The notes beneath the pieces were generated by a model that was not told where the DNA came from, searched no databases, and saw only the letters and a program-made list of their open reading frames with translations. The translations under genes and the position numbers were made by a program. A stretch of 63,873 bases of DNA, the filler included, from Piptocephalis cylindrospora (taxonomy: Eukaryota): the NCBI GenBank assembly GCA_003614145.1. It is 3 parts of 3 records of this genome, joined end to end, with 100 filler letters (N's around TTAATTAATTAA, not from the genome) between each part and the next. Parts side by side here need not be neighbours in the genome. Positions count along the whole stretch, not along the records: positions 1 to 22,016 come from KZ987802.1; 2 more parts are not named here. The stretch is one strand, 5' to 3'. Numbering within the stretch: position 1 is the stretch's first letter; every line of letters begins with the position of its first letter. Positions 1 through 13,744 of the stretch are shown here, piece after piece.

Positions 1-3000
1 CTCTTCCCCAGCATCTGCCATCCCATCCTCCCCAGAGCCCCCTTCTCCCTCCTCCTCGACAATTCCAGAGGCCGCAGCCATCAAGGGTTGCATCTGATTT
101 AAGCGTCCGGATATGGCCTCACGACACAGAGCCACTGTAATGGGACACTCCTGAGCGGATCGACGGACCACCCTAGGGAACAGCCGGGACCATAGCCTAC
201 CATCCCTAGGATCACTGCTACCTGTCAAATCTGCTAGCCTTGACTTGGGCTTATCGCTGGTCAGGGACCAAAAGGGGTGAGTAGGATCAGGCATTGCCTC
301 CTCCACCTCTACATAATCCTCCTCCTCCTCCTTTCCCTTTCTGTCGATCCCACCCCAGGTTCCGCCGGACGTGGGATCCAAGGCCCAGCTGGACACTTCG
401 ACGCCAGTAGCCCAGAGTATATCCTCCACGTGAGGGGGACCACTTCTACTGTTCCTCTTACCCTCTCCACTCCCCTCCTCTTCCTCTTCCTCCACCTCTA
501 GGCCTCGACTGACTCGAGAGTACCTTCGTTCAAGGGAGGCAGCCAAACCAAGTACTTCTACAGCTCGTTTTCTCACCCCAGGCACAGCGCTACAAAGTAG
601 AACGAGGCCATTGGCTTCAGTCTCATCTACCAGATTCCACATACCTGCTCCGTCCATACCGAAGGTCTGGCCCTTCTTATTCTTCGTCTTTGGGCCTTGG
701 ACCCTTAACTCCTCCATCCACGCCTCAAGAAGTTCGACATACAAGTGCAGTAGACCTCGGCCAGGCTCCCAGGCCGACCAAAGTAGCTCGCCAAACCGGT
801 CACCCATTCGCCCAACCAATCGGGATACCGTGCCCACAGAAGCCCATGCACCTCCACCCATCTTGGCCAGACGAAGCAAAGAGGCAGCAGCGGCCGAGCC
901 AACCCCCGAATCCACATGAACCAACCATCGGCCCAAGATATCGGCTTGGCGCGCAGGATTAAAGATCCCGGCAGTGAGTGATTCAGGAAGGGTGTGGGGA
1001 AGAGCTCCGGCGCATCGGCGCATCAAAGCATAATAGGGAGCGCGATCCCGAGGATACCTGGAGGCTAGGGTGGTTAAGTGACCATAGCTCTTGACCGTGC
1101 CCGATGGAGCATTCCATCCGGGCAACGAGGGTGTCAAAGGGGCTGAGGCGGCCGAGGAGGAGGAAGAGACTGCTGTCGTGGTGGATGCAGTTGAGGCCGA
1201 TGGCATCATGCCAGTGACAGAGGCAGAAGAAGGAAGGGTGGAGGAGATTACGCTCTCTTTCACACCATTTTCCATCTCCACTCCACTTCCCACAACCCCT
1301 TCGTACATGGATTGGGGTACGGTGGAAGAGTGGCCCATCCCCGGCCCTTGGTAGTGGTATGTGGGGCCCTTACTCTCACCGGGTCGCAGCAGCATGGAAC
1401 TATACAGATTCCGGGCATGAAGGCACCGGTCATCCAATAGGGTGTGATGACCGTACGTCGGATCTAATGCTTGGATCAATCCATAGACCATCTGCCCTAT
1501 CCAGTGCACTGCCAATTGAGCATCCCTTCCTCCAGGAAGGGGCCCACCCAAACCAAATTCCGTGGAAGAGCAGGGGTCTTCTAAAATGCTTCCAGGCATG
1601 GGGAAGGCTGGGCGCATCTCCCCTCTTTCCATCTCGGCGTAGCAAGCCAGGAAGGCCCATAGAGCTAGCATGGACCTTTCGGGCAAAATAGCATCCAGGG
1701 TGATGGTAGGATCAATAGTTTCTTCGCTCCCAGTGGACGCAAGTTCTCCGTGAAAGCCCAAAAGAGGCAAGAGGATGGTACGGGTGGTATGTGCAAGATC
1801 CTTCATACTAAGGAGATAGAGCATTCGAGCATGATCTTCAGAGCCAGTGTCTGCTGAACTGCCCACGGGCATGCGTCGACCAGGAGGAAAGAGCAACTTC
1901 ACCACTATATCAAGCTTCCTCGTGGAAGCCGTATACGATTCTTGACATCGATATAGATAGACCCAGACGAGACGAGAGACACTTCCAAGAGCTTGAAATA
2001 AATGGCGACTGGATGATCCTGTACCCCCTCCCCCTCTCCAAGCAGCCCCAACCCCACTTCGTGGCGGATGTAAAGCCGTTTCAATGAAGGGAAGCCATCG
2101 ATCCAGGAAATGGGCCCTTCGACTGACACACAGAAGAGTAGCTTGAAGAGGATGGGCGACCTGCCAATGCTTAGGCTTCAGCACCATCTTACTTGCCTTG
2201 GGATACAGGGTCTCCACAGCTGCGGCCCATCCCGGATAATTAACCTCCGCTGTTGCCTTCGGTGCCAATGGAAGTAACATACCCACAAAGAGTTCCGCGT
2301 ACGCATGCTTCACCTTGACTGAATGAGCCCTGCTAAAGAACTTGGCCAGACTCTGTAAGAAGTCACTTGTTTCCTCCAGTGCTGCTTCTGGGTAAATCTG
2401 CCCATAGGAAAAAGAAGTGGGGGATGGTTGGTTAGGATAATTGGCTAAACTCTAATTTTTCCCTCTCCCCTAGGGTTAGACACACCTTGAGCTGGAGGAA
2501 TCGCATGGATCGAATGATCATCTCGGTCTTTCGGTTCTCCTTGGCATCCGTATCTCCGGGTAGCTTTTCTAGCTCGGCAATAAAACGATCAGACACGGAA
2601 GCAAACCTCAGCCCGCCTAGCACGCCAATTAGCTGGGCAAAAAGTGACATGATAGCCTGCCGGTTTTTGCTCCGGTTAATGAGGTCCCTGTGATCATGAG
2701 AGTGGCAAGAGATAAGCCATAATCCACTCATAGTCTACCTCCTTCCCCTTTCCCCTATGGTAATTCAGACTTACGGATCAGTGGTCCTGAGTTGATTAAA
2801 GACCATTTCCTCAAGCTTCTGGCCCAAATCCTGGGATAGACCTCCCCGTGGCAAGGACCCAACCACAGTAATTAGGGCACGGCATAGAATGAAAATGCTT
2901 ACTAGGGAATTTCTTTCTCGGATCAATGGATAAGATTCTTTGCCATTTTTCCCCCCCCAGGCTTTGCATAATCTCTGGGGGTTCACTCTTGGACTTTCTC

Positions 3001-3764
3001 CAGATCATCAGGGCGTCAATAATGGGCTTAGGTCTTTGGCGGGCCACAGAGCCCAGCATCGCCAAGACTCGATCAAACTCTGGATCAGCCCCGAGGTGAA
3101 GCCGGGCCGTCATATCCGGCTCATAATCGAGAGTGTGATTAAGGACCCAGTTGAGTTTCTCCTCGGCAAAGGAGGCAAAGTCACGAAGAAGGGCACTGGC
3201 AGCATATTCGGTGGTTCCTCCAGATCGATGGTGAGAGGAGGAAGGCCCCGAGGTAATGGAAGAAACAGATGATATAGAGTTCCCACGTCCACGATGCTGG
3301 TGAATGTGAGCGCGTGGGTGAGGAGGTGTTGGAGCTATATCAGCTTGGCTTATGGCCACGGAGGAAGCGGTAGAGGATACCGTTGAGGAGGAGGAGTTAG
3401 TATGGGCATGGGAGGAAGAAGCTGTGGCCTCGGCCGAGGAACCGCGTGAATGAAGTTGGTGTCGGGGTCGGGGAGACGTCCCAAAGGCGACAAGTGGATG
3501 GGCTCCCGTGGAGTAAGAGTGTGTTGGAGAGATGGGGGCTAGTGCCGGAGGCGCCCCCCCCTTAGTGGAGGCCGGAGGAGTGGATGGGGAAGAGTTGACG
3601 CCTTCGGACCAAGTTGAGTTGAATAACCAGGACATGCGCTTGCCCACTGAAGAAAGGCTGGAGGTGGGAGAGGTAGAAGAGGTGGAGTTGGAGGGCTTCT
3701 TTGCTATTCCCGGGGCCGGAGGAGGAGGAGGAGGAGGGGTAGGGGTAGACGGCCGACGGGACAT
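1..3764 (-). CDS. TAO3: Cell morphogenesis protein Tao3/Pag1/Mor2 (Furry family), 5' part; runs off the left window edge
   Basis: MOR2-PAG1_N-like motifs (RQRPKPIIDALMIWRKSK; RERNSLVSIFILCRAL; LIGVLGGLRFASVSDRFIAELEK; IYPEAALEETSDFLQSLAKFF; VSRLVWVYLYRCQES). GT-AG introns at 2688-2774 and 2398-2485 restore frame. Apparent 1-nt frameshift at the G8 run (2951-2958). Confidence 0.9.
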
Positions 3765-4385
3765 GATATCGTGGGTGCGAGATAGCTACAAGTCGAGGAT
3801 GAAGGGATGGAACAGATGGATTGACGGAAAGGGAAAGAGGAGAACCAGGCGCGTTATCCCCAGCCTAGGGATGGGGAAGACTGAAGCGTGGGGGGGTGTG
3901 AGATCTTTGAAGGGCGGTCGACCGACAGTAGTAAGATTGGCCAGGCTGAGCCTGGATGGACCAGTTGTAGGATGGGATGTGGTATGTAGCATGGGTGGTG
4001 AGGAGGCGTCTGAGGCATGTGCCCAGATTCTGACTGTGTGTGTCATAGTGGAGAGTAACAAGCTGAGCGTACAATAAAGAGTAAGCTGTGGAAGTAGGGA
4101 GGAGATCCTGGGAGATCATGATCACCAGCACATCAGCATGTTCGGATGCCCATCTGCCTACCCCACTGGGGAAAATAAAACGGTTTTATCATCAAACAAG
4201 TAGTTCTTTAATCCTTCACAGGATTCATTCACTATTTTGATCAATTTATTACTGATTAGATGATCTTAGGAAAACAAACTTGCAGGAAAAGGGAACACAG
4301 GTCTTATCACAATCATCTTTCGTTCATTTTCATTTTCATTTCGTTTCATCCTTCCTCATCGCCTCACCTTGTCCCGCCATAATCA

Positions 4386-7300
4386 CTAGAATGTGTCCAT
4401 CCGGGTGAGGATCCATTCCTCCACCCACAACCTTTCCTCTTCGGCCTCCACTTCCCAGGGCAAGGGCTCCTCTTCAAGAGTCGTTCCCATGGGGCCCAGT
4501 TGCTCCACTAGCTCCATGCATCGAGTCACGATGGCCCTTCTCATCTCCAGGGAAGACCAGGAAATTAAGGCCTGTTCACGAGGAAGGCCCAGGAAAGTAG
4601 CTCCGAGGACCAGGGCGGCAGAAGGCGCATTCGACGTGTGCAACGCCACGACTGATCGTACTATCAATCGCTCCATTTGCCTCTCATGCTCCTCCAGCCT
4701 GGTGGGAGAAAGATAAGAAGGGTGGTTGGGCGAGGCGAGCAGCGATCGTAGGATGACGGGAAGCTGATCATTTCTTTGAATTTGCTCCAAGCAACCTTCA
4801 CGTGTGGCGATCAGTAAATGCAAGTACCGGTCGTTCTGGGTACCAAAATCGGGCGTGGTTAAGGCTGTCACGCCTTCCTTCAGTACATCAATATTTTGAG
4901 AGAGGAGGGCATATCTGGAACCAGCGGCGGTGGACACACCTAGCTGATTGATCACTTCTTGCTCTACTCCATTGCTCCAGCCTCGCTTCTCCAGATATCC
5001 ACGTAGAAGCATGGCCCATCCCGATTGCCTCATTTCCTCGGCTAAGCAGATCAGCGAAACCCAGAGTGTTTCTCTTCTCGATTTCTTCTCGTCCTCTAAA
5101 GGTTCACGCCATAAAGGAGACCAAAGGGAGAGTAAGTGGGCCAGAGCTCCTAGAGCTTCCCTTCCCCATTTCTTTGGTTTCTGCTTCCATTGGAGTCGTG
5201 TATGCTCCAGGAGGTCTTCCCACAGAGGCTCTTTTACCTTTTCCTTCCCACTGAGTCGATCAGCCAGGGATGCTTCCCAGATACTTTCAATTAAGGAGTG
5301 CGCCCACACCTGGTGGAAATCTTCGGATGCTCCTGAGTACGCTTGAGCTTTGTGACCTTGATCAGTCTTCTCATCCTCAGCTTCCGCTTCTGTGTCTTTG
5401 GCTTCCGGTACATCCTTTGCACTCACTCCTGCCTGTTCCAGAATCTTAAGGAGTGAAAGACGAAGCTGAGGTGACCAAGGGGCGCTCTCATCTACTCCAG
5501 ATTCGCCCCTCCCCTTCTCCAGCGTTTCAGTATCCCTCCTACCATTCTGGAGAACACGTTGACGTAGATGCTTTCCAAAGGTTTGATGAGCACCAGTTAA
5601 AGGTGCGTTTTTCTGATCCGCTTCAGATAGGGCGTTCAAGACTTCTTCAATCCATCCAGTCACGTCACTTTCTGCTCCTACGTGGAACTCCTGCAGCACA
5701 AGGCCCAGGCTTGCTGACAAAATCTCCATAATGTTCACTGCGTTCTCCTCGTGGTGATCCTCTTCAAACGGATCATCTCGAAGGATTTGAATTAGGCCTC
5801 CGATTCTTTGCAGATCCCCCGGAAACTCCTTGGTCCAACCAATCAACACGTCCTAAGGTGAGAGAAGTGAGGAATATGAATTGGTGAGCGCAATCTGGGC
5901 GGTGGCTTCCGGTAAACACACATCATTCTTCTCTTTGCCATTTCCAAAACTTGCCGTACCTTGACCTCAGAATACACCATCTTGGCGGTGTTTTCACCTA
6001 GAGAACCCTTGGCCAAGGCCTCATCCAACCGCTTGTACCATCTCCCATGCCCTAAATCTTCTTTGAGTGGTGGACCATCAGATTGTAGCGCTTCCATCCG
6101 GTTGAAATGACCGTATATACGTTCAAAAAGCGCCGTCTAGGATATCAAGAGAAGAGCACCAATGTAAGAGGATGTGCCACTTATTCCCTACTCAAGCTAA
6201 ATGTCACTTTTCCTTTCACTTACCGTGTCTCCCTCTTCGGATACTTCTTGAACCTTTTCCACCAATAATCTTCTTGACATCAAGGGCAGAGACTGACCAT
6301 GAACTAGACCATATTCCCAGGCCAAAGATAATAAGGACTTGGAATTAAGCATGTCTAGGTAGGGAAAGGTCATGTCCAGCCGCCCTGACACCTCCGCAGG
6401 AACCTCTTCATCCACTCCTGGGCTAATGGCGGAAGCGTGCAGACCATACCCACATCCAAGGGATTGTCCATACTCACAAGCCTGAGCCCAGCGATCCTGG
6501 ATAAACCATTCGATGGGTAATTGCTGCGCTTCAATGGCTTTTGATACTCCTTCCTCCTTCTCGTATCCAACCCTTTCCCCATACCAAGGAGAGGGGGTTA
6601 CTTGATCGGCAGCCTTGAGAATGTCGGTCCAGACAAGTACGGTGTTCTCCGTTAGATAAGGAAGGATAAGCTCTTTAAGTGAGTCCAGAGCCTCAGAATC
6701 AGAGCTCGTCTTGGCATTGCGAAGAAGGGTATTCACCTTCTCTACCTCCTCCCAGCCCCAGCTTAGCGCCTCTCCTTCCTCCCAAAGTCCATCTTCCTCC
6801 ATGAGATCAAGTACCCGTCGTACTACAAGCATCCTTGCTTGCAAGCTCTGTAGATCCGGCTTCCGCTCTGATACTTTGGTGGAATCTCCTTGGATCATGG
6901 CAATTTCGAGGCAACCAGCAGCCAGATCCATCCCGCGGCCTCGTCGACCTAGACTGCCGCGACCAAGGCCTCCTGCCTGAAGAAGCTCGCCAAATAAGGC
7001 CATGCCTTCCGTTCCCGGTCCCTGCTTCCATCCTTCCCATATTCTTTCGGCTTCATCATGCCCAATTAATGGCTTCATCCACTCCTCTTTCTCATGAGCC
7101 AGTTCCTTCTTGTTAAGGGAAGGCTGCAAGGGAGAGAGGAGGGAGGAAAGGCGAGCATGCAAGATACCCACTTGATCCATCTTAAAGTGGTTTTTCATGC
7201 CTAAGATCGCCTCTCTTGACTTGCTCTCCTTTTCCCCGCTTCTCTTTCCCTCCCTACCCTCAATTTCCATTTTATCATCCTCAATCAGCCGTCGAATCCA

Positions 7301-10300
7301 AGCCTCGGCGCATTCTTGCCGATAAGTCTCATTGGTTTTAAGGCGCTCTACCTCTTCAGACCCACCATGCTCGCCGCTGAGTACTTCCAGGGTTTGCTCT
7401 ACATATTGCGTAATCTGCCTTTCCTTTCCGCCTTCTTGTAATGCCTGAACGCGTTGACGAGCAAAGTAGACGTTGTCAGTGGTTGGTTTTAACTGGCTAT
7501 CCATCTCTTTATCGCTTCCCTTGTAAGGAAGAGAAAGATAGAGATTGTAGAAGAAGAGAGTCACAGCGTCCCTATGAGACGTGGGAGAAAGGTGCCCAAG
7601 GACTAATTCAGCCAACTTCAACTATACGCCCGAAAAAGATAGCGGATACGGTTGAGTGTTAGCAGTGAATAGATGATAGATCGGCGAAGGGCAGTTGCTT
7701 ACCTCGCCAAGTCCTTGCAAATAGGTGAGGGCAACGATTAGATCGGTCTTTAGGGAGCTAAAAGCTCGAATGAGGCGGTCATGATCTTCTTGGCTCATCC
7801 TAGAATCATGACGTTGTAGAGCCCGCTTAAACTCTTCCATCTCTTCCATTCCATCCCGAGTGCGCTCACTCCAAAAGTGTCCTAGCCATTCGTTGCTTCT
7901 CGGACCATGATCGTAAAGGGCATACACATGAGTGGAGGCATCCTTTGCGTCGCTGGTATCATCCAGGGCCCATCCTTTAAGTTCGACCCTCATTTGGCTC
8001 TTTTCCCAGTCCTCGTAGATCCGCATGAATGCCTCCATCTCCGTAGCATTGACCTCCTCCATGGCCATCAAGGACCCAAACACCCCTTCCCACATGGCCA
8101 CTTCAGCACTCCTTCCCCCTTCCATCTCGTCTTCATCCCCATTGTAATCACTAGAAGTCTTTGACTCCCAGTCCTGCCATAGAGCCCTCAGCTCCGTCTC
8201 CACTTCCTCCAAAATGTCTGAACCGCCCCAGGGGTATTGTGCCGTGGCGTGAAGAAGGGACAGGGCCTGAGTTACTCTTCCTTCGCTCCGACAGGTCCTC
8301 ATCATGGCCAACCTCCAACGCCAATAGGAGGTAGCATGATTTTGATCGATCGCAGATCCATGCATTAAATCTTGCCAAATCTGCTCTACTTCCTGGGCAG
8401 CATCGATCGTTAGAATTCGTTGGGGTTGAGAGCTAAGGAGCGCACGCATAATCCTCATCACCTCCTCCGAGGCTCCTGCCCCTTTCCGTAGAGTTACTGG
8501 GCTCCTCCATACACCCCATTGTCTCAGGCGACGGAGACCTTCTTGAAGATATCTTTCCGTTTGTACCCTCTTCATGAGCTCCTTGGAGAGAGAAGCATCC
8601 AGGGAGGTAGGTAGGATAGAAAGGCAAGATTCGGCGCATCGAATACACTCCGCATCTCCCTCATCACCACGACCTTCCACACTATCCAAAGCCTCTTTGG
8701 AGGCGTCAAGGATGGCTAAAACTATGTCTCGCTTCTCTTCGCTCTCTTCGGCAAGGGAGAGCCACTGGTTTACTAGTTCATACCGTTCTCGATGCAATAG
8801 GGACATCACCAGAGTATGGGTGACCGAGGGAGAAACCGGAGGCAGGTACCCATGCTCCTTGAGCATCGTAAGTTCCCCTCGTAGGGTATCAGCATCGCTG
8901 GGAGCCTGACGGATAAGACCATCGAGCACCTTTCCTTGGGATACTCTCTCTCCAGCAGCGGCCAGGCCAATATCCAGGAGAGTAGGGCCTTGCAAGAGGG
9001 CCCCAATGGAGAGATGCTCCTCACGCAGTGTCTCTCCAAGAGGATCTAGATCTACTTGGGTGGTTGGGGAGGCAGGTCGGAGCTCGGGGGGATATACCGT
9101 CTGGGTGGGGAAAAGAGTTTGATAGAGGTCAGCGGGCAAAGTATGAGCTGAGGCTCCAATCCTTCCTTTAGATCTTTCTTGGAAGACCTGTCGAAGCCAA
9201 TGGTATCGCCTCTTAAGCCCTTGCTCCTGGTTAGTTCCTCCATTTCCCCACCAAGTCAACTGGGCCAAAGGAGCCTTCCATATCCCTTTTCCTCTAGTGT
9301 GGACTGGTCCAGTGCAGCCCTCGGAGTAAGCACATGCCAGGAGTAGCGCCTTCCACTCCCGCTCTTGTAACAATACCTTGACCCAGCCCAACTTGCCCTC
9401 TTTCTTCCATCGACGTAGGGAAAGGGATACACTCTTCTTTTTTACTTCTCCTTCCATTACCTTCCCCTCTTCTCCCTCCTCTCCATTAACGGCATCGTCC
9501 ACGAGACCTGATCGAACCATACTAAGCAGCCCTTTCACCGCCACCACATCACCTTGCCCCATGGTTCTTAGGATACAGCCAGATACTGCTTCCCTCACTT
9601 CATTGTCCTCCCATCCCGAAAGTCCAAGAAGACCAACGTCCTTTTTCGGCGTGCCCGATTCCAGAACTTGGGTGAGAAAGGGTGCTAAGGAATTGGTCCA
9701 TCGGTCTACCCAAGAGTCCCCAGATAAGCCTGTCATTAACCCACTGGACCATCGCTTGACTCCACCCTCCTCGGGATCTTCCAGATCTCGCAATGTCCAA
9801 TCTTCCTTGCCGCACTCATACACCCAGTGAGAAAGCCAATGGAGAAGTCGACGTAGGGATCGAACCCGATTCTTCCATTGCCCCGCCTTTCCATACGGAT
9901 CCTTGCACCATGTAGGGCTTAACACCTGTAAGGCCATACCCAAATCTCCAGAACCAGCTTCGACTTCCCTTGCACGAGCATAGATCCAGGAGAGACGGCG
10001 ATCCATCACGCTCATCCCCTCGTCCACGTCGTCTTCCTCCTCGGGGACCTGACGGTGAATGGGAAAGGGGGAGAAGTGAAGATCCTCCCCATCCTCGATC
10101 CATCCTACCCGCTTGGCCCATCCCTGCTTGAAGATCCAGTCTTCCTGGATGGATCCATGGCCTAATTGATCCGTTTCCATATCCCCTCGCGCCTCACCCT
10201 CGGAGCCGGGGAGTAGAGGGAGGTAGAAAGAAGGAGAGGTGGTGATGGGGACTTGATCAAGGATGAGGTGGATGAACCCAGTAAGCTCTGTGCGATGCCG

Positions 10301-13300
10301 AGTTAATAGGACGCGCAGAGCAGGGAAGAAACCTTGATAGGCATACTCCATGGCTTGAGCCAGGATGTTGACATCGCGGAAATGGGTAAAGTCCGCGGGA
10401 AACGAATCGAGCTCTGACTCGAGGAGCTCAACATCTCCAGGAAGACCCGTCTCCATCATTTCTGTATCAGCCTCGGCCTTACCTTGACCGGTTGCCGAGA
10501 TACCTTCTTCCTTTTCCCGGATAGATTGGGCCTTTTCCTCTAGTGCCATAAAACTATCCTCCCAACCCATAGTTTCATCTCCCACATTACCTTCCTCCTC
10601 TTCGCCTTCATCCTCTGACCAGGTATTCAGGGCCCCCATGAGTAATCCAGCATCTGGGCGCCGCATGGCCCTAGTGATGATCATGTAGGAATCTAGGCGG
10701 GCTAGATATCTCAGTAAAATAAGGCGATACTTGGCTAGGGTCTCCTTCCATGTCTCCGCTGCTTCCCCCTCGCCCTTTCCCTCGACGACAGCCCACTCCT
10801 CCTCCATGCATCTCAGACCATGCTCGAGTAAGGCTCGCTGGCTCTCAGGATCATTGGCTACGCGCAGGACACATGTGTCTAGGACCCAAGGGATATCATG
10901 TCGGACTTGACTCAGGAGAGTATCTACAGCTTCTTTGGTGACTGGGGCATCCAACCATCGGGCCTTCCACACTACATCAGTGGGGACACCCCATCGCTCT
11001 GCTGTACGAAGAGCACCAGCCCAGTCGGCTGACGCCAGCCTGGCCTCCACGGCCGCCATAGAATCCTGCCGCTCCAAGGAGGCGAGACGGACTCGACGGC
11101 GTCCGATGGTCCAGTAAGTTCCGCGTGCCGCGCCAGTGCCTTGGGATACATCCCAATGCCATAGAACAAGGCTGGTCAGCCACTGGAGGAGGCCGAGTAA
11201 CCAGCCTTGAAGCCATTGCCAGTAGATCTGGAGTTGAGTTTTCGCTTCCGGCATATCGTCCATTCCCTCATTCGAAGTGCCTATCGTCCTGGGCTCAGTA
11301 GGAGTTCCTTTTTTGATTTCTTCTTCTTCTCCTTGCCCAAAGGGCCTCTCGGGTCCTTCCTTCGATAAGTCCCCCTTACTCTCGTATCTCCAGCCTACAG
11401 TCACTTTATCCCCGGCAACACGAACACGCAAGGGCCGTTCCTCCACCTCCAAAACCCACATAGCCTCCCTATTTCCTTCCTTTCCCCAATCGGATCGGAT
11501 CAAAGAGTAGACATTCTGAAGTCGCTCTGGGGGAAGGGCGATGGGGGTAGAGAGAAGCGGGGTATCCTGGACAAGAATGGGCTCTGTGGTAGAAGCATCC
11601 TCCTGAGACTCTTCGCCTAGAATTTCACCTTCTTTATCCATATCATGGGATCGAAGGTTTCCTAAAACGTCTGTGCGTGTTAAGATGTACCTTCCATCTT
11701 CATAGGTAATGAGGAGAAGATAAAGGGGCTCGGAAGGGCTAGTCGCACCATATCCTTGCTCACGCCACCACACAGCATGGTTTGCCTTGACTAGAGGATC
11801 AACATAGCGGGTATTCATTTAATTTAAGGAATGGATGGAGAGGAGGGTGCAAATGAATGTACGAGTAAGTGATAAATATGTCGAAAAAACACAAATCCCC
11901 CCCCCCCATTTTATCCCATCGCTCATATAAGAGGAGCAGAGCTTACCTTCAAGAGAGCTCCGGGATGGGCCACTGCCTTGTAACAGCTCGCGCCAGTCAT
12001 CGTAGGAAAGATCGGTATAAGCAGCATCTCGGGCAACGTACGATAGGAGAGCACTAGACCATGTTCTCACTCGCTTTCTCTCTGTCACATCCCATAGGCT
12101 AACTCCACCTCCACCATCCAGCAGGATGACTTGTTTACCATCAGGTGAAAGCGCCATCTCGGTGATCACGCCGCTAGCATCGGAAGAAACTGAAGACATC
12201 AGAGTCCTGGAGCGTAAAGAGGCCAGCATGGTACCGAGGCTCAAGGAGGAGGAGGTAGAGGTATGGACTGGATGGGACATGCCTCCGCCAAAAGGTAGGG
12301 TTCCAGGGCCAGATAGGATTTGTGAGGGCCCAGGAAGCTCCTTGAGGTACGGGCTTTCCGGCAAAAGCTCCCAAAAAGAGACTTGATGAGCGGACACAGA
12401 TGTAGAGAAGGCAGAGTCTGCCAGGTGAGTGGAGGTAAATGCACGGGCTAAGGCAGGTGAGGGTGAGGGTGGGGGGGAGGTGGGAGGTGATGTTGAGGAG
12501 TGAGTATCAGGCCGAAAATTCGGGAATGGAGCATGGGCCAAACCCGTGACAAGGATCTGACCCGAGCCAGAAGGGGTCTCGAGGTAGACCGCCGATGTGA
12601 CCGATCGGAATTGGGAAAATCGATGACGAAAGGCTGGAGTAAAGGAAGGACCCAGAGTGGGCTTGACCTCTTCTGGAGAATGCAGAGTGCTGCTAATGTC
12701 GGGGGCAGTAGAGACTTGTGGGCCCTGGGCTTTAGGTGTACGCGTGGTCGTGGAACTAGCTCTCTTCCTCTTCCTTACAGCCTGAACCTGGGAGAGAATG
12801 GTCTTAGGCCCATCACCTGCTTCGCTCGGATCCTCAGGACCCATGGACATAAAAGGAACGTGGATAAAGTAGGCGTGCATGGAATCTCCATACCCAAAGA
12901 TGCCCAAGAGATGTGAGTGACCCAAGGCTTCTTTGGTCCGGGGGAGGGGTAGGAACAGAAGAGAAGCAATTGGATCAAGGACGGGATTTCCCATGTTCTT
13001 ATTCCTATCTCCACCAAGCAAACCGGATGTTGTCTCAGCAGATGCATTGAGGAAGGATCCCGAGGCGGATCGAGCCCTCGACCGAGGGATGCGCGAAGGA
13101 AGGGTAAGGAGGAGGGTGAGATCAGATGCCTGGAGGATATGGACCGTACCATGACTGGAAGATACAGCCAGGATAGAACCATCAGCAGACCAAACCCCCT
13201 TTCTCCATCCCGTCACCGCATGCTGGGTGATCTCGCCTCCTTCCTCTTCCTCCTCTTCCTCCTCTTCCTCCTTCCAGCTTGCCTCGAGCTGCAAGGAACA

Positions 13301-13744
13301 GGAGGAGATGGGGGGAGCACTATCTTCCTTATTGGTAAATGCACCCTGAGACGGGATGAGAGAGTAGAGTAGAACACCCTGCTCGGTTACGACAGCCAGA
13401 ACTTCTGGAGAGCCCGGACGAGGCAAGATGCTCCAAGCGTTGGAGTGGTTTTGCAAATATTGCCTAGCATTTCGTGGGAGAGCGGCAATTCCTGAGGCTG
13501 GGTTGGTAGTCGGGGCTAGGAGGGGGCGGGTGACAGAGCTAAGACCCGCGGCCTCGACGCGCTCGCGCAAAGCGGCCAGCAATCGCTTAGCGCGTGCCCC
13601 TCCACTGTGCATGGCAACATGGCGAGCCAAGAGAGCCTGGGTGGAGAGAAGGCCATCATCGGGGGTCCATTCAGCGACAAGGTGATGAGAAGTGAGAAGG
13701 GGGGGTTGATCCCTCAGGGTGGGAGAGGAGCTTTCAGTAGTCAT
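4386..13744 (-). CDS. NBAS/Sec39-type ER-Golgi retrograde tethering subunit with N-terminal beta-propeller; 5 exons, ~2975 aa
   Basis: ATG at 13744. Introns 11791-11946, 7622-7702, 6137-6223 and 5853-5959 join five ORFs in frame. WD-like repeats (GVWSADGSILAVSSSHGTVHIL; MALSPDGKQVILLDGGGGVSLWD) are followed by NBAS/Sec39 motifs (ALRTAERWGVPTDVVWKARW...WVLDTCVLRV; FRDVNILAQAMEYA...LLTRHRTEL...TTSPSFYLPLLP). Confidence 0.85.
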
